From: Octopus sinensis
Lineage: Eukaryota
Reading direction: 5' to 3'
NCBI RefSeq assembly: GCF_006345805.1
Contig: NC_042998.1
Location: forward strand, 93,124,001-93,188,000
Length of the DNA stretch: 64,000 bases
Position numbers and translations under genes: made by a program
The notes under the pieces: model-generated
What the model was told of the DNA's origin: nothing
Database searches by the model: none
Seen by the model: the letters and a program-made list of their open reading frames with translations, nothing else
Shown: positions 35,850-47,848 of the stretch, piece after piece
How the letters are laid out: the number at the start of each line of letters is the position of its first letter
Numbering within the stretch: position 1 is the first letter of the stretch

Positions 35850-37295
35850 TGGTTTGTCTAAGGACTGGTAAGCCAGGAGGCTGCACCAGGTTCCAATTTG
35901 ATCTGGCAAGATTTTTACAGCTGGATGCCTTTCCTAACGCCAATCACTCCATGAAGGTAATGGGTGCTTTTTACGTGCCACCAGCACTGTTATCAGCCAC
36001 GCTCGAATGTTGCTTTTTACATGCCTCTGACACAGGTGCCAGTCAGGTGGCACTGGCATCAGCCATGACTACGAATTTAATCGACTCAACAGGTCTTCTC
36101 AGGCACAGCATATTGCCTGACGATTGAAGGGTACATTTAAATGGGCTGGTTATGCAACACTAGCATTAGCCATGGCCACAATCTCACTTGGCTTGCCAGG
36201 TCTTCTCAAGCACAGCATATCTCCAAAGGTCTCGGTCATTTGTCATTGCTTCTGTGAGGCCCAACGTTCAATGGTCATGCTTCACCACCTCATTCCATGT
36301 CTTCCTGGGTCTACCACTTCCACAGTTCCCTTCACTGTTAAGGTGTGACACTTCTTCACCCAGCTGTCTTCATCCGTACGCAACACATGACCAAGCCAGC
36401 ACATTTATCTCTCTTACACACCACATCTGATGCTTCTTAAGTCCAACTCTTCTCTAAAGGTGCTTACACTCTGTCATGTATGCACACTGACATTGCACAT
36501 CCAGCAGAGCATACTAACCTACACATGTCCTCAGCAGTCACAGCCCATGTTTCACTGTCATGTAGCATCGCTATTCACACACATGCATCATACAGTCTAC
36601 CTTTCACTCTGAGTAAGAGGCCCTTTGTTCCCAGCAGAGGTAGCAGCTCTCTGAACTTTGCCCAGGCTATTCTTATTCTAGTAACTACACCCTGAGTGCA
36701 TCCACTTGGTCACCTAGGTAATGGAAGCCATAAACTACTTCTAGTTTATCCCCCTGGCATGTGATGGAATCTGTTTATTGCCCCTGAGCATCTGCCACAC
36801 ACAAAAACTATCTTACCAGTTAGCCTTCCTTTGATATTGTTGCACCTCTTATGTGTTCATAGCTTACACCGGGTACATCTTATGGAGTTTCTACCAATGC
36901 CTTCTCTACAGATCAAGCAGAGCCATCTACCTGCAGAGATTTGTGATTTGTCTGCCTTCCTACTTACTAAGACTTTGGCTTTTATTAGATTGACTCTAAG
37001 GCCCTTCGATTCTAGACCTTGTTTCCACACCTGAAATTTCTTCTCTAGTTCTGATAGTGACTCAGCTATTAGAACAAGGTCATCAGCATAGAGGAGCTCC
37101 CAGGGGCAGCCTGTCTCGAATTCCTCTGTTATTGCCTGGAGAACTGTGATGAATAAGAGGGGGCTGAATCTGATCCTTGGTGAACCCCTATAGCTACCCA
37201 GAATTCTTCAATATACTAATTGCCAACCCTCACCTTAATGACAACATCCCAGTGCATATCTTGTACAACTCTCACCAACCACTCATCTATACCTA
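35850..37295 (-). mobile_element. Decayed RTE LINE (RT C-terminal half + 3' UTR)
   Basis: Collinear with 23100-24830: reverse complement of GCCCCTGGGAGCTCCTCTATGCTGATGACCTTG (LYADD), PHD-like segment, RTE tail. Confidence 0.85.
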
Positions 37296-37726
37296 GAAGG
37301 TTCTTCCCAAACCTTCTAGCAGTTCAAAACAACTGAATATTCTTCAGTCAGTTGATAAACTCTACTACCTTAATGTTCTTAAAATTTAAATCAACATCTT
37401 TGTCTATATATCTACCTTCTCTATAATGTTATCAATTGATATGAAAATTATGTATTAATGGAAAACTTCTATTAATGGTTGATGATTGCTCAACATTTTA
37501 AAACTGTTGTAATACTTACAGCATTTAATAAAATGATGTAGCGTGAAACAATCATACCAAATTACCGAAGTTATTCTTGTTGCTTATTTTGATTATAATC
37601 ACCCCATGGATTTATATGGATAACACCATACAATTTTCTGGTGCATCTAACTTAAGTACCATATTCATTTGAATCTAAATTTTGCTGAACTTATATATAT
37701 ATATAAACATATATATATATATACAT

Positions 37727-37792
<66 letters not shown>

Positions 37793-37819
37793 GTATGTAT
37801 GTATGTATGTATGAATATA

Positions 37820-38469
37820 TGGGGGTTGGACAAAATAATGGAAACATCTAGCATCATAGCATCATAATTTTGAAATCCCTATAAAACTGTCAAAAGCTTG
37901 TTTATTTTTATATTTTTTGATTTATTATTAGTGTTGCTTAATATGTTTTGCTAAAATTGCTGTTTCTTTTCAGATATCATCAGAAAAAGGTAATTAAAAT
38001 TCATTAAAATGACAGATCTATCGAACTTTCAAAGAGGTTAAATTATTGGTGATCGTATAGCAGATGCTATCATAATGAAAACAGTCAAAATGTTTGGGGC
38101 ATCAAGAAGTACTCTCTTGAAAGTAATGACAGTCTTTGAAAAAGAGGGAAAAACCCTCCTGTTCAAAACAAAACCCTGGAAGAAAACCAAAACTTTCAGA
38201 CAGGGACTGTCAGACTCCAGATCTCAGTATTATTGAACATTTATGGTGCATTTTAGAAAAACAATTAAGGAGTCGATATCCTCCAACATCATCACTACAA
38301 GAGCTGGAGACTGTTTTAGCTGAAGAATGGACAAAAATTCCTTTGGACACAATTCAAATTTTGTATGAGTCCATGCCTCATAGAATCCAAGCTGTAATTA
38401 CTGCCCCATATTAAAAATAAATTTGTTTAAAATTTTAAGGCCTTTTTCCATTATTTTGTCTAACCCCTG
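37820..38469 (+). mobile_element. Internally deleted Tc1-like transposon
   Basis: TIRs GGGGTTGGACAAAATAATGGAAA and TTCCATTATTTTGTCTAACCCCTG with TA flanks; N-terminal HTH (MTDLSNFQRG...GRKPKLS) fused to PDLSIIEHLW...EEWTKIP. Confidence 0.88.
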
Positions 38470-38574
38470 TATATGTATATATATATGTAATTTGACTGGC
38501 AACTGTTGGTGCTGCCATCTACAGTTGCTCTCAGAGTAAGCGGCAGAGAAAGAGTTTGCTAAGAAATAGAAGAG

Positions 38575-38765
38575 AAGTCACCTAAGTATAACAGAAGCTG
38601 TTTACCAATTCTAAAGATCTCCCCAGACATTTGAGGGTGTCTATTTTCTGTACATTCCTAGTGTTTAATGCACATTCACATCTCTGACATATAAAAAGTA
38701 CTTTCTCTGTTAACCTTCCCATGACACAACTGCACCTCTTATGCATCAATACCTTGCACTGGGTA
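38575..38765 (-). mobile_element. RTE fragment (PHD-like segment)
   Basis: [29 protein letters not shown]...LELVNSFCY. Confidence 0.7.
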
Positions 38766-39041
38766 TGTGTGTGTGTGCGTATATATATATTTATATATAT
38801 ATACACACACACACATATATATACATATACATACACACATGTATACATACATATATACATACATACATATATATATATACATATATACATACATACATAT
38901 ATCTATAAATATATATATATATTGTTATATTTCGGAATGGTCATATTGCCAGTTTAGCCATAAAAACACACGCACTATATTTTTGGTGTTATTTTGCTTC
39001 AGTGTTATTTATTTTTTACATTAATCTTAATCTTATTTCGG

Positions 39042-39082
39042 CCAGAGTTCTTTCGTCACACTCCTGTGACCGTATCAATGGT
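39042..39082 (-). ncRNA. Atypical hammerhead-like motif
   Basis: CCA UUGAUAC G GUCAC-AGGAGU-GUGAC GAAA G-AA-C UC UGG; all three stems form but A9 is replaced by C. Confidence 0.3.
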
Positions 39083-39229
39083 TCTTTGTTTTCTTCTTTC
39101 TTATTTGTGTCTCTCTTTACTAACCGGCAGCCATTTTGTGGAGGTATATGTATATATATATATATATATATATACATATACCTCCACACACAACACACAT
39201 ACACACACACACACACACATATATCTTAG

Positions 39230-39384
39230 AAATGCTGAAGGCTGATTTATGGGATTTCCTTAGGTTTCCCATCCATGAAGAGTTTATGGTCAACAGATTT
39301 TTGGGATCTGATGATACACCATAAAGCTAAACCCTTTATGGATGGAAAATCTAAGGTAATCCCATAAACTAGCCTTCCCCATTT
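39230..39384. mobile_element. Small palindromic MITE-like element
   Basis: GAAGGCTGATTTATGGGATTTCCTTAGGTTTCCCATCCATGAAG is inverted to CTTTATGGATGGAAAATCTAAGGTAATCCCATAAACTAGCCTTC. Confidence 0.6.
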
Positions 39385-39656
39385 TTAATATATACTTTTC
39401 TTATATCTTAGAGTGTGCTTTTTCTTTCAGATTTATGTGTGAGTGTATATGCATATACATATCATTATCATAATTTAACGTCCATTCTCCATACTGGTAT
39501 GGGTTGGACAGCTTGACAAGATTTAGCAAGGCTGCATCAGGTTCCATTGTCTATTTTGACTTGGTTTCTACAGTGGGATGCCTCTCCTAATGCCAGCTAC
39601 TTTACAGAGTGTACTGTGTGTTTTTTATGTGGAACCATCATCAGTGCTTTAAAATG

Positions 39657-40500
39657 TTCAGACAGATAGATGATACAAAGGTGGACAAGAGAAACAGCAA
39701 TTAGAAGGACAGGCACAAAAGATGTGTCATTCATGGCCTTCTTTCTTCAGTCAAGTACCAGAAGTCACGACTGTTTCGGGCAGTAACACTTGAGACGGTT
39801 CGATCTAATTGCCCACCAAAAAAATCTAAGCTAAGAGCTTTAGACACCTTTGTAAGAAAGCTAGTGAATGAGTACAGCAACAAAGATAAAAAGCAAAAAA
39901 AAAAAAAAACAGAGAACATGGTACACAATTACGAATACAAATAACAAGAACTAACAACAGGCATCTCTTGACAGGGAACGAATCAAATTGAGCTGGTGTG
40001 TATGAAGTGAAAGCCTAAAGGCAGGAACATAGAAGACAGACACAAGAGGTGTTGATGGTCGGCAGTCAGGCCAAGAAAGAAAGATCATGGCTGGCCGGAC
40101 ACCAGTTACACAGAAGAAGAGATGGGTAGGTGGCAGCAGGATGGAAGGATTAGAAAAAGAATCAGAGACAAAGAAAAAGGTACAGGGGAGATAAAGGTAC
40201 AGGAGGAATAGTGGGAATTAAAGAAAGAGAGAGCCAAGAAATGTGAGAGAGGGGGAGCGAGAAAAGAGAAGAAAAATGAGAGGAGGAATAAAAGACAGTC
40301 GTACAAAATTTAGATACATACCTATTATAAGGTGAGCACAAGGGTGTATGTACGCTGCTATATATATATAAAAATGGAACAAAACGCAATAGAGGGCATT
40401 AGAACATTCGGACAGATATACGATACAAAGGCAGACAAGAGAAACAACAATTAGAAGGACAGGCAAAAAAAAAGACGGGTCATTCGTGGCCTTGTTTCTT
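39657..40500. repeat. About 840-bp unit bounded by about 92-bp direct repeats
   Basis: TTCAGACAGATAGATGATACAAAGG...GGCCTTCTTTCTT (39657-39747) recurs at 40407-40500; purine-rich interior without an ORF. Confidence 0.65.
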
Positions 40501-40507
40501 ACATATG

Positions 40508-40538
<31 letters not shown>

Positions 40539-41150
40539 GGCCCCTACCTGGGACGTAGTCAGTCCGCCTGTGCATACCTTCCTGCTTGTGACACTTGTGA
40601 AGACCTGATGAGGCAAGTCAAATCAAAGTCAAATCGAATCAAGTCAAACCAAATCAAAATAGATGAACATCAATGGAATTTGTATCCTTGTGGTACCAGT
40701 GCCGGTGGCACATGAGAAAACCATCCGAACGGGACCGTAGCCAGTACCGCATCGACTGGCCTCCGTGCTGTGGGCACGTAACAAACACCGTCCGAGCGTG
40801 GCCGTCTGCCAGCCTCGTCTGGCACCTGTGTCGGTGGCACATAAAAACACACCATCCGAGCGTGGCCGTCTGCCAGCCTCGTCTGGCACCTGTGTCGGTG
40901 GCACATAAAAACACCATCCGAGCGTGGCCGTTTGCCAGCCTCGTCTGGCACCTGTGTCGGTGGCACATAAAATCACCCACTACACTCTCGGAGTGGTTGG
41001 CGTTAGGAAGGGCATCCAGCTGTAGAAACACTGCCAGATCTGACTGGCCTGGTGCAGCCTTCGGGCTCCCCAGACCCCAGTTGAACCGTCCAACCCATGC
41101 TAGCATGGAAAGCGGACGTTAAACGATGATGATGATGATGATGATGATGA
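40539..41150 (+). mobile_element. Young RTE 3' UTR with a 3 x about 62-bp internal tandem array
   Basis: CpG-rich; units at 40786-40847, 40850-40911 and 40912-40972; ends GAACCGTCCAACCCATGCTAGCATGGAAAGCGGACGTTAAACGATGATGAT. Confidence 0.85.
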
Positions 41151-41174
41151 TATATATATATATATATATATATT

Positions 41175-41401
41175 CAGTAATCCCTTGGCCATTGCAGGTG
41201 TTACATTCCATCCCCCAACCCCCTGTGCAATAGGTGAAAATCCTCGAAGTAGAAACAGTTCTGTAATGTCTAATTCTTATAATCAATTTATAATTTGTAT
41301 ATATTTATTTTATTATAAATGCAAAGCAACACTATGGAGGAATCAATGTAAGCTAGAATAATAGACCGTGATAGGTGAACCATGATATGGTGAAGGATTA
41401 C

Positions 41402-41403
<2 letters not shown>
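41175..41403. mobile_element. Tc1/mariner-superfamily (pogo/Tigger-like) MITE
   Basis: TIRs CAGTAATCCCTT and AAGGATTACTG, embedded between TA/TG microsatellites. Confidence 0.6.
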
Positions 41404-41442
<39 letters not shown>

Positions 41443-41711
41443 GTAACAGAAAAGAGGAATTTCGGTTGTCCCCACGTGGTGGATTGTAATGTATATACGA
41501 AATTAAACTCGTGAATTTCATTACAAACAATATGGACCAAATTTCTTCTTAAGAAAAAATATATATTCATATAAATTAAACATTATATCATGAATAGCAA
41601 TTGTGAAACCGGTAGATATATTAAAAATTATATTAAAACCATGTAAGTGTGCGTATTTTCCTTTTTTAATTTCTTATATATATATATATATTTATAAACA
41701 TACATACACAT

Positions 41712-42750
41712 ATACCCAGTGCAAGGTATTGATGCATATCATGGGAAGGTTAACAGAGAAAGTAATTTTTATGTCACAGATGTGAATGTGCATTAAACGC
41801 TAGGAATGTACAGAAAATAGACTGCCTCAAATGTCCAGGGATATCCTTAGAAATGGTAGACAGCTTCTGTTACTTGGGTGGTCAAGTTTACAATGGAAGA
41901 GTTAGTTCTGAAAGAGTAGCTACTAGAAATAGAATGGTAATGAAGTGTTTTTCCCTCAGAGTGGAAGGCCAATTGTATGATGCCTATGTATAAACATCTA
42001 TGTTACACAGCAGTGAGGCATAGGCTGTGACTACAGAGGACTTGTAAAAGCTCAAAATAAATAAAACCAGCATGCTCTTACAACAATGTAAGTGATTTAA
42101 GAGAAAAAATTGGTATACAAGGCTTCGGATATAGTATGCAAGAGAGAAACCTATGTTGGTATGGTCATGTGATGCATATGGATGAGGACAGCTGCTTCAA
42201 TAAGTGCTGATCCCTAATTATGGAAAGAACATATGGAAGAGGTAGCACAGGAAAATGTGGAATGAAGTGGTGAGAAAGGATCTTCAGGCATTGGGCTTGA
42301 CAGAGGAGATGACAAGGGACTGAGTCTTCTGGCTGTTTGCTAAGCTTAAGACAACATGTCCAGCTAAATAAAAACATGGATGTCCATGTGTACAGGCGAG
42401 TCCTCTACATCCCTCTCTCAGCTTGTGCCATGTAAAAGCATTTGTGCTAGTGTCACATAGAACTGACCATGCCAGTGCCACATATAAGCACATAGAAGTG
42501 CCTGTGCTTGTGCCAGGTAAAAGTGTCCCATGTTGGTGCCACATAAAAGCACTTTTGCTGGTGCCACACCATGTAAGGGCAAGCAGTTCACTCTGTAAAG
42601 GGGTTGGCATTTAAGAAGGGCATCTGCTGTAGAAACCATGCTTAAAAACAGACAGATGGAGCCTGGGCAGCTGTCTGGCTGGCCAATTTCTGTCAAACTG
42701 TCCGACCCATGCCAACATGGAGAATGGACATTAAACAATGATGATGATGG

Positions 42751-42800
<50 letters not shown>
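41712..42800 (+). mobile_element. Decayed RTE LINE 3' part
   Basis: [40 protein letters not shown]...; (GAT)n tail at 42740-42800. Confidence 0.75.
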
Positions 42801-42830
<30 letters not shown>

Positions 42831-44024
42831 CACATGCACACACACACACGCACACACACATAGTCATTGTAGCTATGACAACCATAAATATTTATACATG
42901 TATGGTGTGATTATGCATGACTTTTGTATGTGTATGCCTGTATTCTTCAAAGTTTTCCCTTCAGCAAAATCGTCAAAGTTATTATTTGAATTAGATTGTT
43001 TCAAAGTTGGAAAACTTTTCTAATTTTTAATGAACTATTCATTATCTTAACAAATATATCAATGAATTCAACTGTGAAAAGGTGTTCTGGTTGAAAAAAC
43101 TTGTGAATTACTTGTGTGTCTTCATTTATATGGAGAGAAAAAAAAAATGTCTTCTTTGAGATTATTTAAGCCAAACATTTTTAATTAGCTACAAGCCATC
43201 ACAATTAAGTATAATTTGCATGGTAAATAAATATCTGCAATAAATTTCATGCAAGAATTCTTTTCCACTTTCGTTCATTGTGGCCTCAATTTCTTTTCTT
43301 TCTTTTCTTATTTGTTCTTTGTACTTTATTCATTTTTTTTTCTGGTCTTCATTTTAGTTTTGCTGATAACCTTCTATTAATGGTATATATCATCATCATC
43401 ATCATCATCATTGTCATCGTTGTCGCCGTCGTCATCGTCGTCATCGTTGTCGTCAATCATCATCATCATCATCATCATCACCATCATCATTTATCATCCA
43501 TTTTTCATACTGGCATGGGTTGGATGGTTTGACAAGGGTCCAGTGAGTCAAGGACAACATCATACTCCAGTGTCTGTTTTGGCAAGGTGTCTACAGATGG
43601 TTGCCTTTCCTAATGCCAACCACTTTATTGTATACTAGGTGCATTTTTTGTGCCACTGACATAATTAAGCCCACCATATATATATGTGTGTGTGTGTGTG
43701 TATAGATATATATATATATATACATACACATTCTTATATGTATATTCATACAGGCATACATAGATACTCATACACATGCAGACACATACTCTCACACACA
43801 CAGGCACACACATATCATGAATGTAAAAAAAGAGAGTCGTAACATTTTTATTAAAATATGCTACCAGTTAAAAAGCCAATTTAGTTGAAGCAAAAGAGAA
43901 AATTAGTTCAAATGAATTCAATTAAATTAGTCTTACATGATATCAATTTTAGAAATCCATATGTCTTTCTTACAAAAATAACATGGGGCTGAAATTTTAT
44001 CTGGTATTTTGAACATTTGTCCAT

Positions 44025-45119
44025 AATAATGATAATAATGAAATAGTTGTATACAGTGCTCAGGTGCACCACAACTTGTCAAAAGTGCATATAAAGTATA
44101 TGCAGTAATGTACAAATGTCTGGAAAGTGAACAGTGTATGAGTCAGATACATGTTGGCATGTGTATGGATGGGAGAAAATCAGGTGTAGTGTTGGCGAAT
44201 CTCAGGAAGCATGGAAGTTTTGAAGGAGGCAGTGCTCCGACAACTAATAACTGATGCTGGCAGTTTGTTCCATGCTTTGGCAACTCTTAGCGAGAAAAAA
44301 TGTTTCCGAAAGTCATGGGAGCTGTGCTGTTTTCTGACTTTGAAAACATGTCCACGGGTGTTAGACAGATAGAGTTTGAAAAGGTGCTCAGAGTTATTAT
44401 TTGTAAGATGGTTAATAATTTTATGGGTGTCTGCCAAGTCAGCTGCCAGATGTCGGAGTTTCAATGTATCCATGCCCAGGGAAGTAAGGCATTCAGAATA
44501 TGGCAAATGCCTGATGGAAAGTATTCTCTTGGTTGCTCATCGCTGAACGGCTTCCAGATGATTAATATCCTGGGTAAGATATGGGTTCCAGATTGATGAT
44601 GCAAATTCCAGGTGAGGTCGCACCATAGCTATATAAAGCTGCAGATAGATAGCTGGAGAGCGGCTCACAAAGGACTTGGTGATGCCAACACACCCTCAGT
44701 CTTCTTGGCAATTTTAACAATGTGTTTTGTCCAATGCAAATTGCTGTCAACAATAATGCCCAGGTCATGTTCACAAGAAGACTTTTTCAGATTAGTGTTG
44801 TGGAGGAAGTAAGTAGACGCTGGGTTTTTTCTCCCAAAATGCATGGTGGTACATTTGTCCACAGCCAGCTTGAGTTGCCAGTCCATGATCCACAGCTGCA
44901 TTGTGTCCAGGTCTGATTACCTTAAAGATCTATAGTGTACAGGATCTGACCTCTTTATTTCGAGGTACAGTTTGATGTCATCTGCATATTTCAGTACTGT
45001 AGCATTCTTTAAGTTGGCATCTACGTCATTAACATATACAACAAATAAAAGGGGGCCAAGAACAGATCCCTTTGGTTCATCAGATATCATCTCATAGGGT
45101 GAAGAGTGCTGTCCTAGAA
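44025..45119 (-). mobile_element. CR1/L2-like LINE, second copy
   Basis: ORFs 44180-44506 and 44665-44901 are nearly identical in translation to 12474-12800 and 12075-12410; same 3' UTR. Confidence 0.92.
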
Positions 45120-45185
45120 AGGTGAGTGGTTGTATAATTCATATAGTGTAATTCATGATGTGTAATTTCATAATTCTTAATAGGT

Positions 45186-45590
45186 GCAGGCGTGGTTGTG
45201 TGGTAAGAAGCTTGCTTCCCAACTACATGGTTCCAGGTTTAGTCCCACTGCATGGCACATCAGGCAAGTGTCTTCTACTATAGCCTTGGGCCAACCAAAG
45301 CCTTGTGAATGGATTTGGTAGATGGAAACTGAAAGAAGCCCATCATGTATATATACATATGTATATATATTTATGTGTGTGTGTCTTTGTGTTTGTGTTT
45401 GGCCACCCACCATTACTTGACAACCGATGTGGGTGTATTTATGTCCCCAAAACTTAGTGGTTTGACAAAAGAAACTGATAGAATAAGTATTAGGCTTACA
45501 AGGAATAAGTCCTGGGGTCGATTTGTTTGACTGAAGGTGGTTCTCCAGCATGGCTGCATTCAAATGACTGAAACATGTGTAAAAGAGTAA
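45186..45590 (+). mobile_element. SINE family B (tRNA head + CORE-like domain), full length
   Basis: GGCGTGGTTGTGTGGTAAG (A box), GGTTTAGTCCC (B-box-like), GGCAAGTGTCTTC CORE-like block, internal (TA/TG)n, 3' CCAGCATGGCTGCATTCAAATGACTGAAAC. Confidence 0.8.
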
Positions 45591-45954
45591 TATACTATAA
45601 ATAAATAAACAACCATGCTATTGAAACAAGCATAGCATAATTTAAATATAAATTACACTCTTTTGGTATTCCCTTCATATTGCTTTTCCACTGCATGACA
45701 TATGCAGTAATTGTTACAGCAGGCATCAGATTTGCAGAGTATCAGATACCTTTTAACTAGTCGATATGGTGCTATTTGTACTATTGACTAATGGATAGAC
45801 AGAGGATATCAGCAGAATTCCTCCTGATCAGCCTGTTAGCCAAGGACACACCAGAGTGCTACCAACTAAACTGCCATGGTTACTGAGATTCACACAACCC
45901 CAGTTTTGATGCAATATATATATGTGCGTGTGTGTGTATGTGTGTGTGTGTGTG

Positions 45955-46139
45955 TAATCACATGGGAAATCCTAGAAAAGCTGGCTCCCTACATCAACAG
46001 GAGCAAACGTTGCAAGCTGTGCCTAGCAGAACAGGCTAGGATCTTAAAGAACTCTCTCAGCCAAGAAAACATTTTAAATTCTAGAATAGAAGTCTTTGGA
46101 CCGTGCTTACACTTCAGGCAATTCCCACTGAAATCCTAG
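45955..46139 (+). pseudogene. PLE GIY-YIG endonuclease C-terminal remnant (third family)
   Basis: ITWEILEKLAPYINRSKRCKLCLAEQARILKN...ILNSRIEVFGPCLH resembles the W.IL...RC.LCL.EK...LN.R.E....C.H tail seen in some PLEs. Confidence 0.65.
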
Positions 46140-46285
46140 GACCCACAAGCCAACTAAGTGGATTCTGGATAGTAGTCTAAGAGAGACAATCCCTTACACT
46201 TGACCTTTCTTTTTTGTTTGTGGGCTCAAAAACTAGCCACTTTTCTCCCTCCACTTGAAAAGAGAGGTTATAGGACACTGGCCAT

Positions 46286-46348
46286 TAGGGTCTAATGAGA
46301 TGTATATAACACCAAGCGATTTATGGAGTGAAACCCTAGGTAACCCTA
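46286..46348 (+). ncRNA. Decayed type I hammerhead motif
   Basis: UAGGGU CUAAUGA (31 nt) GAAA CC-CUA-GG UA ACCCUA: 6-bp stem I, GUA triplet; G5 mutated to A and stem II eroded. Confidence 0.5.
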
Positions 46349-46496
46349 TGAACCAGCCATAACTATTTTTATCTAATATATATATATATATATGTATGTA
46401 TGTATGTATGTATACTGATACTGAGGGTTCCAGTTGATTGGATCTATGGAAAAGCCTGCTCATGAAACTAAAGGTCTTTTAATATGCCTCAGTATG

Positions 46497-46832
46497 AATG
46501 CTTTTATGAGGCACCAGCATGTGCGCTGTTTATGTGACACCAGCACACGTGCTGTTTATGTGACACCAGCATGAGGGCTTTTTATGTGGAACCAGCATGA
46601 GTGCTGTTTATGTGACACCAGCATGAGAGCTTTTTATGTGCCACCAGCATGAGTGCTTTTTATGGGACACCAGTCTGAGTGCTTTTTATGTGGCACCAGC
46701 ATGAGTGCTTTTTATGTGGCACCAGAATGAGTGCTTTTTATGTGGCACCAGAATGAGTGCTTTTTATGTGGCACCAGCATGAGTGCTGTTTATGGGGCAC
46801 CAGCATGAGTACTGTTTATGTGACACTAGCAC
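46497..46832. repeat. 26-bp minisatellite, about 13 units, expanded from an RTE 3' UTR motif
   Basis: Consensus GTGCTTTTTATGTGGCACCAGCATGA, contiguous, no spacers; same motif as GGTGCTTTTTATGTGCCACC in RTE tails. Confidence 0.9.
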
Positions 46833-46849
46833 AAGACTCTTGCAAGCCA

Positions 46850-47560
46850 ATCTTCCTCACCATGGAATGTGGCCTTAACACTTCTGGTGTGGAGGATGGG
46901 TCTTCTTCAGTACAGCAAGGCACCAGGTATCTCGCTCCTTTGTCATCTCCTCTGAAAGGTTCTGCATTTTGAGGTCATTTTTCAATACATCGTTCCCTCT
47001 CTTCCTAGGTCTCCCTCTTCCATGAATTCCATCCACTTTGAGCGACCAACTCTTCTTTATGGAGCTGTCAGCTCCATCTGCATCACATGACCAAACCCTT
47101 TGCATGTCCTCTGCATTCAGGGCCTGCATCTCACTATCATATAGAATTGTTGTCCATATACAGGTATCATTCAATCTTCCTTTCACTTGGAGAAAGAAAC
47201 CCTCGGTTGACCAACAGAGGTAAAGGCTCTCTAAATTTTCTCCATCCTATTCTTATTCTAGCTATTACATTCTCTGTGCATCCTTCACCACTATCAACTT
47301 AGTCCTCCAGGCAGCAGAAATTATCCACTACTTCTAAAGAGCCTTGGGGGCATTTGAGAAGACCCATTTCTCAAGTATCTTTAGTTTTTATGGCTCCTGT
47401 GCTTCTTCCACATATGAACACTACTTTCTCTGATAACCTTCCTATTATTTCACAGCTTGTGTGTCCATAGCTTAAGTTTGGTACACCGTATGGAATTCCT
47501 ACCTTCTCCTTTCCTACAAATTAAGCAAGGCCTCTTACCTGAAGGGGGAAGGGTCCTTAT
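46850..47560 (-). mobile_element. Decayed RTE LINE 3' coding part
   Basis: KGRLNDTCIWTTILYDSE...HGRGRPRK; LICRKGEGRNSIRCTKLKLWTHK. Confidence 0.75.
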
Positions 47561-47803
47561 ATATGTATATACATATAGGTACAGAAGTGGCTGTGTGGTA
47601 AGTAGCTTACTTACCAACCACATGGCTACTGTCCAATGACTGAAAACAAGGAAGAAGTTAAAAACCATAAAATAGTACACAATTTGAAAAAGAACCATTA
47701 AGCCATTAACATTTAGAGAGTTAATTGCTTAAGCTGAAGAATTGATCTTAAAATTTAATAGCTACAACAAGAAAAAAAGGATTTGTGGTATATGTGTGTA
47801 AAA

Positions 47804-47848
<45 letters not shown>

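Noticed and set aside
40605-40630. CTGATGAG resembling a hammerhead core
   Set aside because: No stem II/GAAA follows, and the young RTE copy has CTGTTGAG at this position.
46497-46832. CRISPR-like look of the 26-bp array
   Set aside because: Units are contiguous with no unique spacers, there are no cas genes, and the context is eukaryotic retroelement sequence.
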